From: Octopus bimaculoides
Lineage: Eukaryota
Direction: 5' to 3'
Assembly (NCBI RefSeq): GCF_001194135.2
Contig: NC_069004.1
Location: 32,043,785-32,089,983 of the forward strand
Length of the DNA: 46,199 nucleotides
Below, in pieces: positions 44,347 to 46,199 of this stretch; position 1 is the stretch's first letter; each line of letters begins with the position of its first letter. The notes under the pieces were generated by a model, which made no database searches, was not told the DNA's origin, and worked only from the letters and a program-made list of their open reading frames with translations. Position numbers and translations under genes: made by a program.

Positions 44347-44737
44347 AGGCACAGGCATGGTTGTGTGGAAAGAAACTGGCTTCCCAACCACATGGTTCCA
44401 GGTTCAGTACCACTGCGTGGCACCTTGGACGAGTGTCTTCTACTATAGCCTCAGGCCGACCAAAGCCTTGTCAGTGGATTCGGTGGAAGGAAACTGAAAG
44501 AATCCCATCATGTGTGTGTGTGTGTGTGTGTGTGTCTTCGTATTTGTATGTGTGTGCGTCCCCATTACTGTTTGACAATTGGTGTTGGTGTGTTTATGTC
44601 CCAGTAACCTAGTAGTCCAGCAAAAGAGACTGATAGAATAAGTACTAGGCTTACAAAGAATAAATCCTGAGATCGATTTGCTTGATTAAAACTCTTTAAA
44701 CAGTGCTCCAGCATGGCCACAATCAAATGACTGAAAC
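44347..44737 (+). mobile_element. Family A SINE, full length
   Basis: Same head, CORE-like segment and tail as the other copies. Confidence 0.85.
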
Positions 44738-44738
44738 G

Positions 44739-44775
<37 letters not shown>

Positions 44776-45123
44776 NNNNNNNNNNTTTTTTTTTTTTGTA
44801 ACTCAACAACACAAAAAAGATCAATCTGCTCACAATATTGAGTCACTCTGTCCATAAATATTTTGATTTTATTCTTAAACTAGCTTTGATAAGAATAGTT
44901 TTTTAATTTGATATCTGCAATAACTTTATACATAAGTATTTAATAGATCAAGTGAGAAAACTTAGTCGTAACAGTGAATCACAAAATACACACGTGCACA
45001 GACTCACACACACACACAAAGTGGTGCTTACAATATCCTAAGTACCACCACCACCACCACTACCACCAGTACCATAACACTTGTGACCACAACTAACAAT
45101 CAAACATCACCACACCTATAATA

Positions 45124-45157
<34 letters not shown>

Positions 45158-45169
45158 CAAACATTTCAT

Positions 45170-45760
45170 TGCTATTATGTTAAACTGTTGTATGTCCAAG
45201 TTTGGCCAAATGCATTTTTTTTTAAATATTTATTTTTGCTTGTAATAATTGGTTCTTTGGGTCAAACTATCGTATCTCCAGCAGCTTCAGATGCCAAGAT
45301 AACAAAAATTGTCAGTGTAGTGCAACGGTTTTGCTATGCAATGGTGAAACTATTTTTTCGTTTTCTGAAAAAGCAATGTTTTGGACTTACAACACTTTTG
45401 CATAATAGCAATGATGTGTGTGTGTGTGTGTGTTTCTTTTGTTTTTAATTGTTTACATTCTCCCTCTGAAGGAGGAGCTGGTTTCAAACAAAGATACAAT
45501 GCTCCACTTTCGGGATACAGATAATGCAAACAATGTCACATTTTTAAACCTGGGAAATGTCTTGCATAATTTTACTGTTCCGCTTACAGTATGGATTTGT
45601 AATGTGCGAATCAGTTGGATGATTTCTTTGTCTGAAAATCCAAGATTATCTCACAGTAGGGCGTTTACTTACAAAACCAAATGCCCCAATTATTATTGGA
45701 ATAAATGTAAATTTGTAATCCAGATATAAAAGCTGGAGGCTTCAAAACAGTTTTCCATAG
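45170..45760 (-). pseudogene. Possible highly decayed non-LTR reverse-transcriptase fragment
   Basis: Minus strand PLHYTDNFCYLGI* resembles the F.YLG motif of non-LTR RT; upstream LGFSDKEIIQLIRTL is loosely RT-like; several stops. Confidence 0.3.
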
Positions 45761-45799
45761 TTATCTTCTTTCTCTTTGATTTTCAAAGAGAAATTCACA

Positions 45800-46005
45800 T
45801 CAGCACGATGGCACATATTTATTCCCACCATTTTGTATTAGTTGTGCATTATCTCGTAGCTTTCAGATTTCTATGATGTGGCTGTTTATTTTTAGAATGA
45901 CATTGTAGGGCAGGTGTGAGAGACTGGATCTGGTCAGTTTGAAAATGAATAAAACAGGTAGAATATTTGGGTCAGATATGGCCAGTTTAAATGCTGAAGA
46001 GTTAA
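45800..46005. mobile_element. piggyBac-like MITE, second family, left end decayed
   Basis: TTTTAGAATGACATTGTAGGG...TTTAAATGCTGAAGAGTTAA. Confidence 0.7.
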
Positions 46006-46199
46006 AGGCGACTCACACAGGATTTGAACTCAGAACATAAAAAAGGGCATAAAGCCAAACATAGCGAGGCATTCAAGCCACTGTTCTACCAGTTCTGCCA
46101 CTCAGCATTAACAACAACAACAAGATACAGTAATTAGTGGTAGTGATTCAAGCTAATTCTTCAAAGTACCCGGGGTGCAAGTGTCACTTGTTGAACCCA

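Noticed and set aside
6603-44612. Recurring small ORFs such as ...[15 protein letters not shown] and [12 protein letters not shown]
   Set aside because: Translations of family A SINE copies, not a protein family

Overview
Eukaryotic, AT-rich, microsatellite- and SINE-dense genomic DNA with five N-gaps. The repeat families and simple-repeat load look like an octopus (coleoid cephalopod) genome; this is an inference. Nearly the whole window is the 3' part of one minus-strand gene encoding a PP2A regulatory B'' subunit (PR72/PR130, PPP2R3A/B family). I assembled 11 coding exons by hand (35370 down to the stop at 4383-4385). All have GT-AG boundaries and matching phases and total 1215 nt (404 aa plus stop), including both EF-hand loops. 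No further upstream coding exon was found, so it probably lies beyond 46199. The introns hold many copies of at least three SINE families (tRNA/CORE-like, tRNA/Nin(Deu)-domain-like, RTE-tailed), RTE LINE 3' fragments, TTAA-flanked piggyBac-like MITEs and a pogo/Tigger-like MITE. Almost all other listed ORFs are microsatellite, gap or SINE artefacts. The most interesting unexplained structures are four. (1) An 11-copy, ~175-bp-period array with a conserved dyad-symmetric 19-bp core in the last intron (5290-7130). (2) A near-perfect 78-bp intronic inverted repeat 150 nt upstream of a coding exon (14291-14659). (3) A ~150-nt foldback at 194-345. (4) Inverted SINE pairs bracketing an exon, plus a candidate poison or alternative C-terminal exon.
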